Source: Deltaproteobacteria bacterium (GTDB lineage Bacteria; Desulfobacterota; Desulfobulbia; Desulfobulbales; BM004). From it: a stretch of 26,377 nucleotides of DNA. Below the pieces are notes generated by a model that saw only the letters and a list, made by a program, of their open reading frames with translations, had not been told where the DNA came from and ran no database searches. Each line of letters opens with the position of its first letter. The first letter of the stretch is position 1. Made by a program: the position numbers and the translations under genes. This document shows positions 9,073-17,980 of the stretch, piece after piece. The DNA lies in assembly GCA_019312685.1 (NCBI GenBank), contig JAFDCR010000002.1:1-26377 (forward strand). Direction: 5' to 3'.

Positions 9073-10124
9073 TGAAACAGCGGAAAAGACGAGAAAGCCT
9101 CGGAAGGAGGCGCTGGAGAAAATTCAAGTCGCATAAGCGGGGCTATTACAGTCTGCTTATCTTCAGCATACTTTTCGTTATCAGTCTGGGGGCGGAATTT
9201 ATCAGCAATGACAAACCGTTTCTTGTCTACTATGAAAATGCTTTCTACTGGCCGCTTTTCAAGTCCTACCCCGAAACCACCTTCGGGGGAGATTTTGAAA
9301 CCGAGACTGACTACAGGGATTCCTATATTCTCAAAAAAATAGAAGCAGGAGATAATTTTGCCCTCTTTCCTCTCAATCATTTCAGTTATGATACAATCAA
9401 CCTAGATCTTGACACACCGGTACCCTCCCCTCCCACCAAGGACAATATCCTGGGAACAGATGACCGGGGACGTGATGTCCTGGCGCGTCTGCTTTACGGC
9501 TTCAGACTCTCCGTGCTTTTCGGTTTTTCCTTAACCTTTGTAGGCACATCTATAGGCATTCTGGCCGGTTCCGTGCAGGGATATTTCGGCGGCAAGACAG
9601 ATCTTTTCATGCAGCGGTTTATAGAAATCTGGGGGGCCATGCCGGAATTATACCTGCTGATCATCTTCGCCTCCATATTCAAGCCATCGGTCCTGCTGCT
9701 GCTCATCCTGCTGTCCATGTTCGGCTGGATGGGCCTGTCGGATTATGTCCGGGCCGAATTCCTCAAGGGCCGGAATATGGATTATGTAACTGCCGCCAAG
9801 GCACTGGGAGTTTCCAATGTGGTCATCATGTTCCGGCACCTGCTGCCGAACGGTATGACGCCGGTCATAACCTTTCTGCCCTTCAGGCTTTCAGGTGCAA
9901 TCCTGGCGTTGACCAGCCTTGATTTTCTGGGTCTCGGCGTGCCGCCTACAACCCCAAGCCTCGGTGAGCTGCTGGCCCAGGGCAAAAGCAATATTGATGC
10001 GTGGTGGCTGTCAATATCGACCTTTGCCGTCCTGGTGGGAACGCTTATCCTGTTGATCTTCATCGGTGAAGCCCTGCGGGAAACATTTGATCCACGGAAG
10101 CTGGTGAAACAGGAGAAAAAATAA
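9072..10124 (+). CDS. yejE: Peptide ABC transporter permease, YejE-like
   Basis: RRWRKFKSHKRGYYSL, YPETTFGGDF, LGTDDRGRDVLARL, HLLPN, SLDFLGLG, FIGEALR; TGATG coupling to yejB. Confidence 0.92.
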   Translation: MKQRKRRESLGRRRWRKFKSHKRGYYSLLIFSILFVISLGAEFISNDKPFLVYYENAFYWPLFKSYPETTFGGDFETETDYRDSYILKKIEAGDNFALFPLNHFSYDTINLDLDTPVPSPPTKDNILGTDDRGRDVLARLLYGFRLSVLFGFSLTFVGTSIGILAGSVQGYFGGKTDLFMQRFIEIWGAMPELYLLIIFASIFKPSVLLLLILLSMFGWMGLSDYVRAEFLKGRNMDYVTAAKALGVSNVVIMFRHLLPNGMTPVITFLPFRLSGAILALTSLDFLGLGVPPTTPSLGELLAQGKSNIDAWWLSISTFAVLVGTLILLIFIGEALRETFDPRKLVKQEKK

Positions 10125-10182
10125 TTTTTAATTCTAAATTTTAAATTTTTAATTCAAAACTCAAAATTCAAAACTTAAAATT
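10123..10182. repeat. AT-rich heptamer inverted-repeat element, copy 2
   Basis: AATTTTT AATTCTA AATTTTA AATTTTT followed directly by AATTCAA AACTCAA AATTCAA AACTTAA AATT; unbroken 7-nt phase; overlaps the yejE stop codon. Confidence 0.88.
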
Positions 10183-10203
10183 CGAGTCTGAAAGACGGAA
10201 AAA

Positions 10204-11820
10204 ATGTTGCTTGACATCAAAAATCTATCCCTCACCTTCCACACGGAGGACGGAGAAAGCAAGGTACTCAACGATGTCTCCTTTGGGGTGGACAGCGGTG
10301 AAACAGTGGCACTTGTCGGGGAATCAGGATCCGGCAAATCGGTCACGGCCCTTTCCGTCCTCCGTTTACTGGAAATGACCGCCAGCATTAGAAGCAGCGG
10401 CCAAATAAACTTTTCAGGAGAGAACATTCTTGCACTGCCGGAAGCCAGAATGAGGCATATACGCGGCAACAAAATTGCCATGATCTTTCAGGAGCCGATG
10501 ACCTCCCTCAACCCGGTTTACTCTGTCGGCAGCCAGTTAATAGAACCCCTGATGCTGCACCAGCAGCTCACCAACTCCGAATCCCAGGCAAAAGCCGTTG
10601 AACTCTTAGACAGATGCGGCATTCCTGATCCGCAACAGCGCCTGGCCAGCTTTCCCCACCAGCTGTCCGGAGGCCAGCGACAGCGGGTCATGATAGCAAT
10701 GGCCCTTGCCTGTAAACCATCCCTGCTGATTGCCGACGAACCGACTACCGCCCTTGATGTTACTATCCAGGCCCAGATACTCGAACTGCTGAAAGATATC
10801 CAGCAGGAACTCGATATGGCGGTTCTGCTGATAACACACGACTTGAACATGGTACAAAAGATATCCGACCATGTGCATATCATGCACGATGGCAGAATTG
10901 TTGAAAACGGCCCCACCGAACAAATATTCGCCAATCCGCAGGATCCTTATACCATCCATCTGCTCAACAGCGTTCCCAAGGGAGAACCTGAGCCGAAAGA
11001 AAAAAGAAAGGATCTGCTTACAATTACTGACCTGCAGTGCCATTTTCCCATCAAGGCCGGTTTCTTCAAACGCACAGTCGGCAAAATTAAAGCGGTTGAC
11101 GGAGTAAGCCTCACCATCCGGGAAGGCACAACATATGGCGTGGTCGGGGAATCGGGTTCCGGCAAGAGCACATTGGGAATGTGTATCCTGCGGCTGACAG
11201 ATTGCCAAGGAAAGATTATATATGAAGGGAATGGGACCATTCCGAAAGACCTTGTACACCAGTCCAGGGCATCGCTGCGGCCGCTGCGCAAGGAATTACA
11301 GGTCGTTTTCCAGGACCCCTTCTCCTCCCTTTCCCCGAGACTGACAATTGGGCAGATCATCAGCGAAGGCTTGAGGGTTCATAAGATAGGTAAAGACAAG
11401 AAAGACCGTCAGAGACTGGTATTAAAAACACTCCGGGAAGTCGGCCTGGATGAGGAAATGGCCGGCCGCTATCCCCACGAATTTTCCGGCGGACAGCGGC
11501 AGAGAATAGCAATCGCCCGAGCAATTGCCTTAAAACCGAAATTTCTGGTTCTTGACGAACCCACAAGCGCTCTGGATATGACAATCCAGGCCCAGATTAT
11601 TCAATTGTTAAAAAATCTGCAGCAGCGCCATGGTATAACCTATCTTTTTGTCTCCCATGACCTGCGGGTAATACGGGCGATGGCCGACGAAGTTGCAGTA
11701 ATGCAGAACGGCAAAATCGTGGAAGCCGGTCCTGCTGCCGAGGTATTCGACAATCCGCAGCATCCCTATACCAGGAGTCTCTTTACTGCAGCCTTTGAGC
11801 TGAAAGCGAGGACAGAGTAA
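10204..11820 (+). CDS. yejF: Peptide ABC transporter ATP-binding protein with two ABC domains, YejF-like
   Basis: Two Walker A motifs (GESGSGKS), two signatures (LSGGQRQR, FSGGQRQR), Walker B motifs LIADEPT and LVLDEPT. Confidence 0.93.
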   Translation: MLLDIKNLSLTFHTEDGESKVLNDVSFGVDSGETVALVGESGSGKSVTALSVLRLLEMTASIRSSGQINFSGENILALPEARMRHIRGNKIAMIFQEPMTSLNPVYSVGSQLIEPLMLHQQLTNSESQAKAVELLDRCGIPDPQQRLASFPHQLSGGQRQRVMIAMALACKPSLLIADEPTTALDVTIQAQILELLKDIQQELDMAVLLITHDLNMVQKISDHVHIMHDGRIVENGPTEQIFANPQDPYTIHLLNSVPKGEPEPKEKRKDLLTITDLQCHFPIKAGFFKRTVGKIKAVDGVSLTIREGTTYGVVGESGSGKSTLGMCILRLTDCQGKIIYEGNGTIPKDLVHQSRASLRPLRKELQVVFQDPFSSLSPRLTIGQIISEGLRVHKIGKDKKDRQRLVLKTLREVGLDEEMAGRYPHEFSGGQRQRIAIARAIALKPKFLVLDEPTSALDMTIQAQIIQLLKNLQQRHGITYLFVSHDLRVIRAMADEVAVMQNGKIVEAGPAAEVFDNPQHPYTRSLFTAAFELKARTE

Positions 11821-11857
11821 TGAATCCTTAGGTTGTCTTTTAATCTTCAATAATAAT

Positions 11858-13393
11858 TTATTCCTGTTTCCAGTTGCGGATCAACTCGAGCAGAGTTCTT
11901 ACCCCAATGCCTGACGGTCCTTTGTTCGGAATGTAGGACTTTTCCGTAAAGTTATAGGCCGTGCCGGCGATATCAAGATGGGCCCAGGCGGTATCGCCGA
12001 CAAATTCCTGCAGGAATGCCGCCGCCGTTATGGTGCCCGCTGCCCGGCTGCCGATATTTTTTATGTCAGCGACCTTTGATTTTATCTGTTTGCTGTATTC
12101 TGGCCCCAGGGGAAGGCGCCAAACAGGCTCCCCGCTTCTGTTCCCGGCCTCCGTGACCTGCTGGGCCAGATCATCGTCATTGCTTAACAGGCCGGTTCTG
12201 TGATGTCCCAGGCCGATTACCACGGCGCCGGTGAGCGTAGCCAGATCGACAACCGCCTTGGGCTTATACTGCTTGATACCATACGCCAGGGCGTCAGCCA
12301 GAATAAGGCGGCCCTCGGCGTCGGTGTTGAGAACCTCCACTGTCTTACCGCCGTAGATTGTGATGATATCACCCGGCTTCAAGGCACTGGGCCCGGGCAG
12401 ATTCTCTGTAGCCGGCACGATACCGACAACATTGATTCCTTTAGGCTGTTCCTCGCCCACCGCCTGCATGGCACCGAGGACTGCAGCGCCGCCGCACATG
12501 TCGAACTTCATTTCATCCATACCCTTTGGCGGCTTGAGGCTGATGCCGCCCGAATCAAAGGTCAAACCCTTACCCACCATGAGAAGCGTCGGATTACGGG
12601 CAGAGGTCTTATATTCAAGAATTACCATCTTGGGCGGCTGGTCAGAACCGCTGTTAACGCCCAGAATGCCGCCCATTTTCAAACGCTTCATATCGGACTT
12701 GGAGAGGATTTTACAGGATAAACTGTACGTTTTTGCAAGTTTTCGTCCGTGTTCGGCAAAACGGGTCGGGGTCCAGACATTTCCAGGTTCATTTGCCATG
12801 TCTCGGGCAGCCGTTCCGGCCATTGCCGCCGCCTTTCCGGCTGACAGGCCATTGTTGACAGCACCCTTTTCCTTGAGCGAATAAAGCTGGATCTCATTAA
12901 TCCTACTCTGGGGTTCATCCTCTTCAACTGTCTTTTTATATTTCCTGAACTGATAGGCCCCCAGCAGGAGTCCTTCTGTAAGACATTCCGCCGTTTCCCT
13001 GAAGTCAAGAATAAACGGCTCCGGCATGACGGTCATAATTTTAGCGGCTTTGGTTCTCAATGCTGTTGTAGAGCCCCTGCCGCCCGCCTTCCGGTAATTC
13101 TCACGCCAGAGATCAGCACTCGTCATACCGTTTTCCTTTTTTGCCTCCTCCTTTTTTCCAAGGCCGACAACAAGAATTCTTTTAGCCTGGATTTTAGCTT
13201 TGGCTGTCGGATAAAAAAGAAGTGTCTCTCCCTCCTTGCCGACAAAATCCCCGGCTTTAAAGGCCAGTCTTACTGTATCCTGGACATATTTATTATCACA
13301 GACAGGAACCTTCTTATCCTGTTGATAAACACAATAAACAAGCATATCGCCTTTATGTTTTTCAATGTCCCGGGAAGTGTGTTTAATCAGCAT
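11858..13393 (-). CDS. pepA: Leucyl aminopeptidase (M17)
   Basis: VGKGLTFDSGG, MKFDMCGGA, NTDAEGRL, DLATLTGA, AHLDIAG. Start placed at ATG 13393 (GGAG upstream) rather than TTG 13405. Confidence 0.95.
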   Translation of the reverse strand: MLIKHTSRDIEKHKGDMLVYCVYQQDKKVPVCDNKYVQDTVRLAFKAGDFVGKEGETLLFYPTAKAKIQAKRILVVGLGKKEEAKKENGMTSADLWRENYRKAGGRGSTTALRTKAAKIMTVMPEPFILDFRETAECLTEGLLLGAYQFRKYKKTVEEDEPQSRINEIQLYSLKEKGAVNNGLSAGKAAAMAGTAARDMANEPGNVWTPTRFAEHGRKLAKTYSLSCKILSKSDMKRLKMGGILGVNSGSDQPPKMVILEYKTSARNPTLLMVGKGLTFDSGGISLKPPKGMDEMKFDMCGGAAVLGAMQAVGEEQPKGINVVGIVPATENLPGPSALKPGDIITIYGGKTVEVLNTDAEGRLILADALAYGIKQYKPKAVVDLATLTGAVVIGLGHHRTGLLSNDDDLAQQVTEAGNRSGEPVWRLPLGPEYSKQIKSKVADIKNIGSRAAGTITAAAFLQEFVGDTAWAHLDIAGTAYNFTEKSYIPNKGPSGIGVRTLLELIRNWKQE

Positions 13394-13748
13394 GTCAATC
13401 TCCAATTGTAATTATTCTTATAATGACAACCCCATAAACCGGCCTTGGCCGATAATTCCTGGACCGGTTCTTTCCCCTTTCTTCTTTGCAGTCCATTGTC
13501 TAAAATATTTTCAAATCCGTGACGGGAAAAAATAAGCCGGACTGATCCGTGAATTAAATAAATATTCAAAACTTTTATGCCCTACCCTTTTACCATAAGT
13601 TTGCATGATCTCCAATATTGATACATAGATCAAGAGAAGCGGATTTCGAGGGTTTAATAAAACCGTTTTGGCGCTATTTGTTAAATTCAATGATTAAAAA
13701 TAGAATAGATGCTCGGATAATGTTATACTCAACAAACAATACTCGATG

Positions 13749-13804
13749 TTTGAACCAACTTCCGTTAAAATATAATTCTACCAGATGAAAGCTGAAACTT
13801 TCAT
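13749..13804 (+). promoter_or_regulatory. Candidate promoter with downstream palindrome upstream of the CNNM gene
   Basis: TTTGAA/TTGAAC near 13749-13755, perfect TATAAT at 13771-13776, then ATGAAAG-N6-CTTTCAT at 13785-13804. Confidence 0.4.
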
Positions 13805-13867
13805 ATCACATCAATCCCATTCAACACTTTCTTATAAAACCTGTACATTATTACAAGGGGGAATCCA

Positions 13868-14908
13868 TTGGTTACTCAATTGATCTTGGCAACAGGCATT
13901 GCCATTATCGTATCCGCTTTCTGCAGCATCATGGAAGCTGTGCTCTATTCCGTGCCGCAGAGCCAGGTCGAAGTAATGACCCGGTCGGGGAAAAAATCAG
14001 GTATAATTCTGAAAAAGCTTAAAAAAGATATCCAGCGGCCGATCACCGCTATCCTGACCCTGAATACTATTGCCAACACCATGGGTGCTGCAGTTGCCGG
14101 CGCTTCGGCCGCGGTCGTATTCGGCGAAGAAAACCTTGTCTGGTTTTCAATTTTCTTCACCCTTTCAATTCTGCTTTTTTCAGAAATACTTCCCAAAACA
14201 GCAGGGGTTGCCTATGCCAAAAATCTCGCTTCCTGGATCGCTCTGCCGCTCCACGGGCTAGTCAAGTTTATGCGACCGCTTATCTGGCTCTGCCAGGTAG
14301 TTACAAAGCTTATTCCCAAACAGGAAAAAGAACCCCTGGTATCAATTGAAGAAATCGAGGCAGTAGCGGTACTGGGAAGAAAGGCCGGGGAGATCGAACC
14401 GCAGCAGGAAGAGGTCATCGCAAATATTCTCAAGCTGCAGGACAAAACCGTTCGTAAGGTCATGACCCCCCGCACCGTTGTCTTCAGCCTCAGTGAACAC
14501 CTGACAATTTCCGAGGCCCTGGAAATGAAGGAGCAGTGGGAGAGACACAGCCGGGTCCCGGTATATGACGAAAATCAGGACGACGTTGTCGGTATTGTTT
14601 TAAGCCGGGATGTGCTGCGCAGCCTGATTGAAGGTAACGAGAAACAGAAATTATCCGAAGTGATGCAGTCGGTCCATTTTGTTCCGGAAGGCGCACCGCT
14701 CAATAAAATCATGATGGCGTTTTTTGAAAAAAGCGCCCATCTTTTCGTGGTGGTGGATGAATACGGCTCGGTAACCGGTGTCATCAGCCTTGAGGATATT
14801 ATTGAAGAGATAGTCGGCCGTGAGATTATCGATGAATCGGATACTGCCGTTAACCTGCGGGAGTATGCCAGGCACAGAAAACGGCTCCTGCAGAAAAGGC
14901 AAAAGTAG
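13868..14908 (+). CDS. CNNM (DUF21) plus CBS-pair membrane protein, hemolysin/CorB-like
   Basis: SAFCSIMEAVLYS, ILTLNTIANT, FSEILPK, VMTPRTVV, SRVPVY, VVDEYG, LEDIIEEIVG; TTG start with AGGGGG upstream. Confidence 0.9.
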   Translation: MVTQLILATGIAIIVSAFCSIMEAVLYSVPQSQVEVMTRSGKKSGIILKKLKKDIQRPITAILTLNTIANTMGAAVAGASAAVVFGEENLVWFSIFFTLSILLFSEILPKTAGVAYAKNLASWIALPLHGLVKFMRPLIWLCQVVTKLIPKQEKEPLVSIEEIEAVAVLGRKAGEIEPQQEEVIANILKLQDKTVRKVMTPRTVVFSLSEHLTISEALEMKEQWERHSRVPVYDENQDDVVGIVLSRDVLRSLIEGNEKQKLSEVMQSVHFVPEGAPLNKIMMAFFEKSAHLFVVVDEYGSVTGVISLEDIIEEIVGREIIDESDTAVNLREYARHRKRLLQKRQK

Positions 14909-16024
14909 TTACTCCATCCCTTCGAGCTGCAACTCTACCTCGACATGCTCGCTGTCCCGCAGAATTATCAGGATAACTTCATCGCCGATCTGATAATTTT
15001 CCAGTTCATCACGCAGGTCGTTATACGACTCAACCGGCACTCCATTCACTGCTATTATTATGTCTCCGAGTATGATTCTGCCCCGGGTCTCCCTGGTTTC
15101 GCGGATACCTGCCTTGTCAGCCGCGCTTCCCGGTTGGACATTTATCACCAGCAGCCCTTCAATATCGAGTCGCCTGGTAATCCTGTCGCTTGCCAGGGTC
15201 ACCCCGATCCCTGGTCGTATCACCTTGCCGTGACGGATTAATTGCGGCACCACCCGGTTGACAACATCGACCGGAACGGCAAAACCTATCCCGGCGCTTG
15301 CTCCGGAGGGACTGTAGATCGCGGTATTCACCCCTATCAACCTTCCGGCACTGTCAAGCAGCGGTCCGCCGGAATTGCCCGGATTGATCGCCGCATCCGT
15401 CTGGATCACTCCCTGGATGGTTCTGCCGGTAACCGCTGTAATCTCACGGTCAAGGGCACTGACAATGCCTGAGGTAATGGTATGGTCAAGGCCGAAAGGA
15501 TTCCCGATGGCAAAAACCTTCTGGCCGACCTGGAGACTTTGCGAGTCACCGACCGGAATGGGTTTCATGGCTGAGGTGGGGGCATTAATCTGCAGTACCG
15601 CTATATCCTTGTCCGGCGCAGCGCCAACCAGAATACCCTTATAGATTTCGTCGTCACCAAGACTGACCTCGATCCGGCTGGCATCACCGATAACATGATA
15701 GTTGGTTACTATCCTGCCTTCCCTGTCCCAGATAAAACCGGAACCAGTGCCCTGGGGTATTTCATAAACATTGAGACTGAAGAGTGAACGCCGCACCTCG
15801 ATACTCGTGATATAAACCACCGAGGGTGATGCCTCCTGAAACACTGCAATGGTATTCTTTTCATCCTCTGCCAGATCGCCCCGGGCCTCCACCACCCGTG
15901 GAGCCGCCTCCTTATCATACCGGGGTTTCTCGGTCCTGTCTGCAATCAGCCATAACCCTGTGAGGATAAGACCCAGGACAAGCCATAAAGAAAATCTGTT
16001 TTTCTGTTTATCGTATTTTTCCAT
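14909..16024 (-). CDS. Membrane-anchored HtrA/DegS-like trypsin serine protease with one PDZ domain
   Basis: N-terminal TM; catalytic triad contexts TNYHV, DIAVL, INPGNSGGPL; GTGSGF; C-terminal PDZ (GDIIIAVNG). Confidence 0.92.
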   Translation of the reverse strand: MEKYDKQKNRFSLWLVLGLILTGLWLIADRTEKPRYDKEAAPRVVEARGDLAEDEKNTIAVFQEASPSVVYITSIEVRRSLFSLNVYEIPQGTGSGFIWDREGRIVTNYHVIGDASRIEVSLGDDEIYKGILVGAAPDKDIAVLQINAPTSAMKPIPVGDSQSLQVGQKVFAIGNPFGLDHTITSGIVSALDREITAVTGRTIQGVIQTDAAINPGNSGGPLLDSAGRLIGVNTAIYSPSGASAGIGFAVPVDVVNRVVPQLIRHGKVIRPGIGVTLASDRITRRLDIEGLLVINVQPGSAADKAGIRETRETRGRIILGDIIIAVNGVPVESYNDLRDELENYQIGDEVILIILRDSEHVEVELQLEGME

Positions 16025-16142
16025 AACTTTTCATGCATGTTTTAAAAAAAGAATTGTTCCGTTGAGCTTTTTTTAACATTGTGCCTTCCGGACAAAAAAG
16101 CAAGCCGGGATTCTGAAGAAAATCCATTAAATTATAGATTGT

Positions 16143-16322
16143 AGAGTCTCTTGCAAAATGAACATTTACTCCGATCGGCTAAAAATCCCCTGTGCTGTGT
16201 CTTCAAGTTAAAACCGTCCTCACCGTAGCGCTGCTACGCCTCCGGGTGGTTTTTACTTTTATCCTTGCACAGGAAATTTTTTCTCTCGATCTCGCAACAA
16301 CGTTCATTTTGCAAGAGACTCT
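16143..16322. mobile_element. 180-bp MITE-like palindromic element
   Basis: Perfect 21-bp terminal inverted repeats AGAGTCTCTTGCAAAATGAAC (16143-16163) and its reverse complement (16302-16322); imperfect inner symmetry; central CGTAGC-GCT-GCTACG hairpin (16224-16238); no ORF; no exact target-site duplication seen. Confidence 0.75.
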
Positions 16323-16342
16323 TTAAATAAAACGTCTGATTT

Positions 16343-17755
16343 CTATAAATTCAGCAGGGATTTTGCTATAAGGAAATAAGCGAGTACACCGAGAATATCG
16401 ATAGATGTGGTGACGAATGGTCCTGTGGCAATGGCCGCATCGAAATTCAACCTTTTTAAAATCAGGGGCACGAAGGTGCCGACCGTTGCCGCCATTGTCA
16501 TAACAAAAAGCACTGAAAAGCCGACAACGAGACCGAGATAGTCATGTTCCGCATAACCGAAAAATGCCAGTATCCCTAAAAAAAGACCGTAAACAGCTCC
16601 CAGTATCAGGCCGACCCGCATCTCTTTAAAAATAACCTTGGCCAGCTCCTGCATATTGACCCTGCCGGTGGCAATGCCTCTGATTATGATGGTGCTCGAC
16701 TGGGTTGCTATGTTACCGCCCATACCGATGACGATGGGGATAAAAGCGGCAAGGGCCAGAACTTTCTGCAGTTCGTCATGAAAAAAAGAAATGATGAACA
16801 TGGCCATAACGCCGCCCACCCAACTGGCGAATAACCAGGGAGCTCTTGTCATGGCATTGGCCATTGTTGACTTCAGAAGAATTTCGGTATCCTTACCCGC
16901 ACCTGCCATACGCAGGAAATCTTCCGAAGCCTCCTCCCTGATAACATCAATGATGTCATCAACCGTAACAAATCCCACCAGTTTATAACTGCTGTCCACT
17001 ACGGGAACCGCCAGGATATTGTACTGGGAGATAACATGGGCCACCTCATCCTGGTTGGTATCGGTTGTAACCGAAATCACATTGGTGTTCATAATATTCT
17101 TGAGCTGCCGGTAAGGGGGATGTAAAAGAAGCTCGCGCAGCGAAATTACCCCGGCAAGTTGTCCTTCACCATGGGTTATGTAGAGATAAAAAGACATTTC
17201 CATCTCTTCTGAACGTTCCTGGACGATCTTGATGGCATCCCCGACACTGAGTTCTCCGTCAAGTGCCATAAAGTCCGGCGACATGAGTCCTCCGGCCGAT
17301 TCAGGATGATACTGCAGTAGTTCATCAACCTCCTCCCTGTCCTCCTTGACCATGAGCTTGCGGATTTCATTGGCCATCCCTTCAGGAAGAGCTTCAAGCA
17401 GGTCTGCAACATCATCCGAGGCCATTTCAGAAATGACGGCAACCATGAATTTGGGAGTAAGGTCCTGGACAAGTTCCAGCATGATGGACTGGTCAACCTC
17501 GCTCAGAAATTCACCGACCGTTTCCGTCTGGGCAATAATATTGAAAACCTTTTTCCGCTCCTCCGGGACAAGATGCCTGAAAACCCATGCCATATCGGCA
17601 GGATGGGTTTTCTGCAGCAGCTTCAAAAGGTAGGCCACAGCTCCACGCCTATTCAGACGCCGAACAGTATCCAGAAGGACCATCCCTTCATTGCCGATCA
17701 TTTCTCTTTTGAATGCTGCTTCCTTCATGACAGGTACCAGACTGGTCAAACTCAA
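16343..17755 (-). CDS. mgtE: Magnesium transporter MgtE
   Basis: HPADMA, YHPESAGGLM, CBS pair, LARAPW-like MTRAPWL, GMGGNIATQSST, DAAIATGPFVTTSIDILG. Start uncertain (TTG 17755 or ATG 17701). Confidence 0.95.
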   Translation of the reverse strand: MSLTSLVPVMKEAAFKREMIGNEGMVLLDTVRRLNRRGAVAYLLKLLQKTHPADMAWVFRHLVPEERKKVFNIIAQTETVGEFLSEVDQSIMLELVQDLTPKFMVAVISEMASDDVADLLEALPEGMANEIRKLMVKEDREEVDELLQYHPESAGGLMSPDFMALDGELSVGDAIKIVQERSEEMEMSFYLYITHGEGQLAGVISLRELLLHPPYRQLKNIMNTNVISVTTDTNQDEVAHVISQYNILAVPVVDSSYKLVGFVTVDDIIDVIREEASEDFLRMAGAGKDTEILLKSTMANAMTRAPWLFASWVGGVMAMFIISFFHDELQKVLALAAFIPIVIGMGGNIATQSSTIIIRGIATGRVNMQELAKVIFKEMRVGLILGAVYGLFLGILAFFGYAEHDYLGLVVGFSVLFVMTMAATVGTFVPLILKRLNFDAAIATGPFVTTSIDILGVLAYFLIAKSLLNL

Positions 17756-17980
17756 AAATTTATTATATTGTTTAGAATGGCCATAATCCGAAAAAATGGT
17801 TCATGGTCATTTAATAAAATATCAACAAATTACCAGAAAAAATTGCTCTTTCCAATTGCAGTATAAGTTAAATACAAATATTGTATAATACCAGAATACT
17901 CAATAATTACCTAGTATTAATAATACTCTTGATTTTTTATTCGTCTGGAGTTTCTCTCACAGGGAATCATTCAATAAATT

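Noticed and set aside
8002-11820. Microcin C biosynthesis or immunity locus
   Set aside because: Yej is only the uptake route for microcin C in enterobacteria; no mccA/mccB-like genes are present.
13618-13633. FNR box (TTGAT...ATCAA)
   Set aside because: The spacer is 6 nt (ACATAG) rather than the canonical 4; too short to support alone.
17756-17980. M-box (ykoK) Mg2+ riboswitch upstream of mgtE
   Set aside because: The region is very AT-rich with no recognisable multi-stem structure; an Rfam search would be decisive.
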